In this document: piece after piece, positions 63,619 through 64,000 of the stretch
Numbering within the stretch: the stretch's first letter is position 1
How the letters are laid out: each line of letters starts with the position of its first letter
From: Octopus sinensis
Taxonomy: Eukaryota
Assembly (NCBI RefSeq): GCF_006345805.1
Contig: NC_043005.1
Span: 103,540,001 to 103,604,000 of the forward strand
Direction of reading: 5' to 3'
DNA: 64,000 nt
Made by a program: the position numbers and the translations under genes
The notes under the pieces: generated by a model
The model's database searches: none
Told to the model about the DNA's origin: nothing
The model's input: only the letters and a program-made list of their open reading frames with translations

Positions 63619-64000
63619 CCTGTCACACACTCATGCACACACACACACACGCACCCTCACACACATACACACACGCTTACAATTTTATTTATATATTTGC
63701 GTGTCTATGTGTGTAAAGAGGAAGTGGGAGGCAGAGTGAAAGAGTCACTCACTACAGAAAGTGAATTACTTTCACGTTAATCGTTGCACACTGTGTGTGT
63801 GCGTTTGCGTGTGCTGTATCCCACACTAAGAGAAGCATTTGACTCATACACCACAATGTGAGTTTTCTCTAAATTTTGCTTAATTGGGGTTGAAATTTTA
63901 AAAAGTGGACCTGGCACGACCCGATGCATTCTACTCTTAAAAATGCTAGGTAAATTGTAATTGAAGAATTCCTATATTGTAGATTTCTATAAGATAAAAA

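Overview
This is AT-rich eukaryotic DNA, almost certainly animal. The tRNA-derived SINEs, RTE 3' ends and huge (TA)n/(CA)n/(GATA)n tracts look like an octopus genome, which is an inference from repeat content only. There is one 100-N scaffold gap (12891-12990). Only one host coding segment is well supported: a 651-bp terminal exon on the minus strand (43814-44464) ending in a CAAP1-like motif (EMEILELGMRARAIKAMLQ). The rest is mostly mobile DNA: a ~3.6-kb CR1-type LINE, RTE LINE fragments, at least five SINE families, relics of Gypsy, CRE-like, mariner and Chapaev3-like elements, two Helitrons, TIR MITEs and a 32-bp satellite with higher-order structure. Most ORFs in the supplied track are microsatellite artefacts. 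The most interesting signal is a set of short elements, mostly sitting in or beside (TA)n tracts, that carry type I hammerhead-ribozyme motifs: near-canonical at 52110-52155 (+), intact cores at 40303-40346 (-) and 36564-36609 (+), and variant cores at 25547, 50080 and 52586. These occur alongside long snap-back palindromes, and the 295-bp palindrome at 42693-42987 is recognisably the 3' half of the 52.1-kb ribozyme element folded back at its own small hairpin. Together they suggest a Penelope-related or retrozyme-like system. All alignments and folds were done by eye; ribozyme activity, family names and most element boundaries need computational and experimental confirmation.
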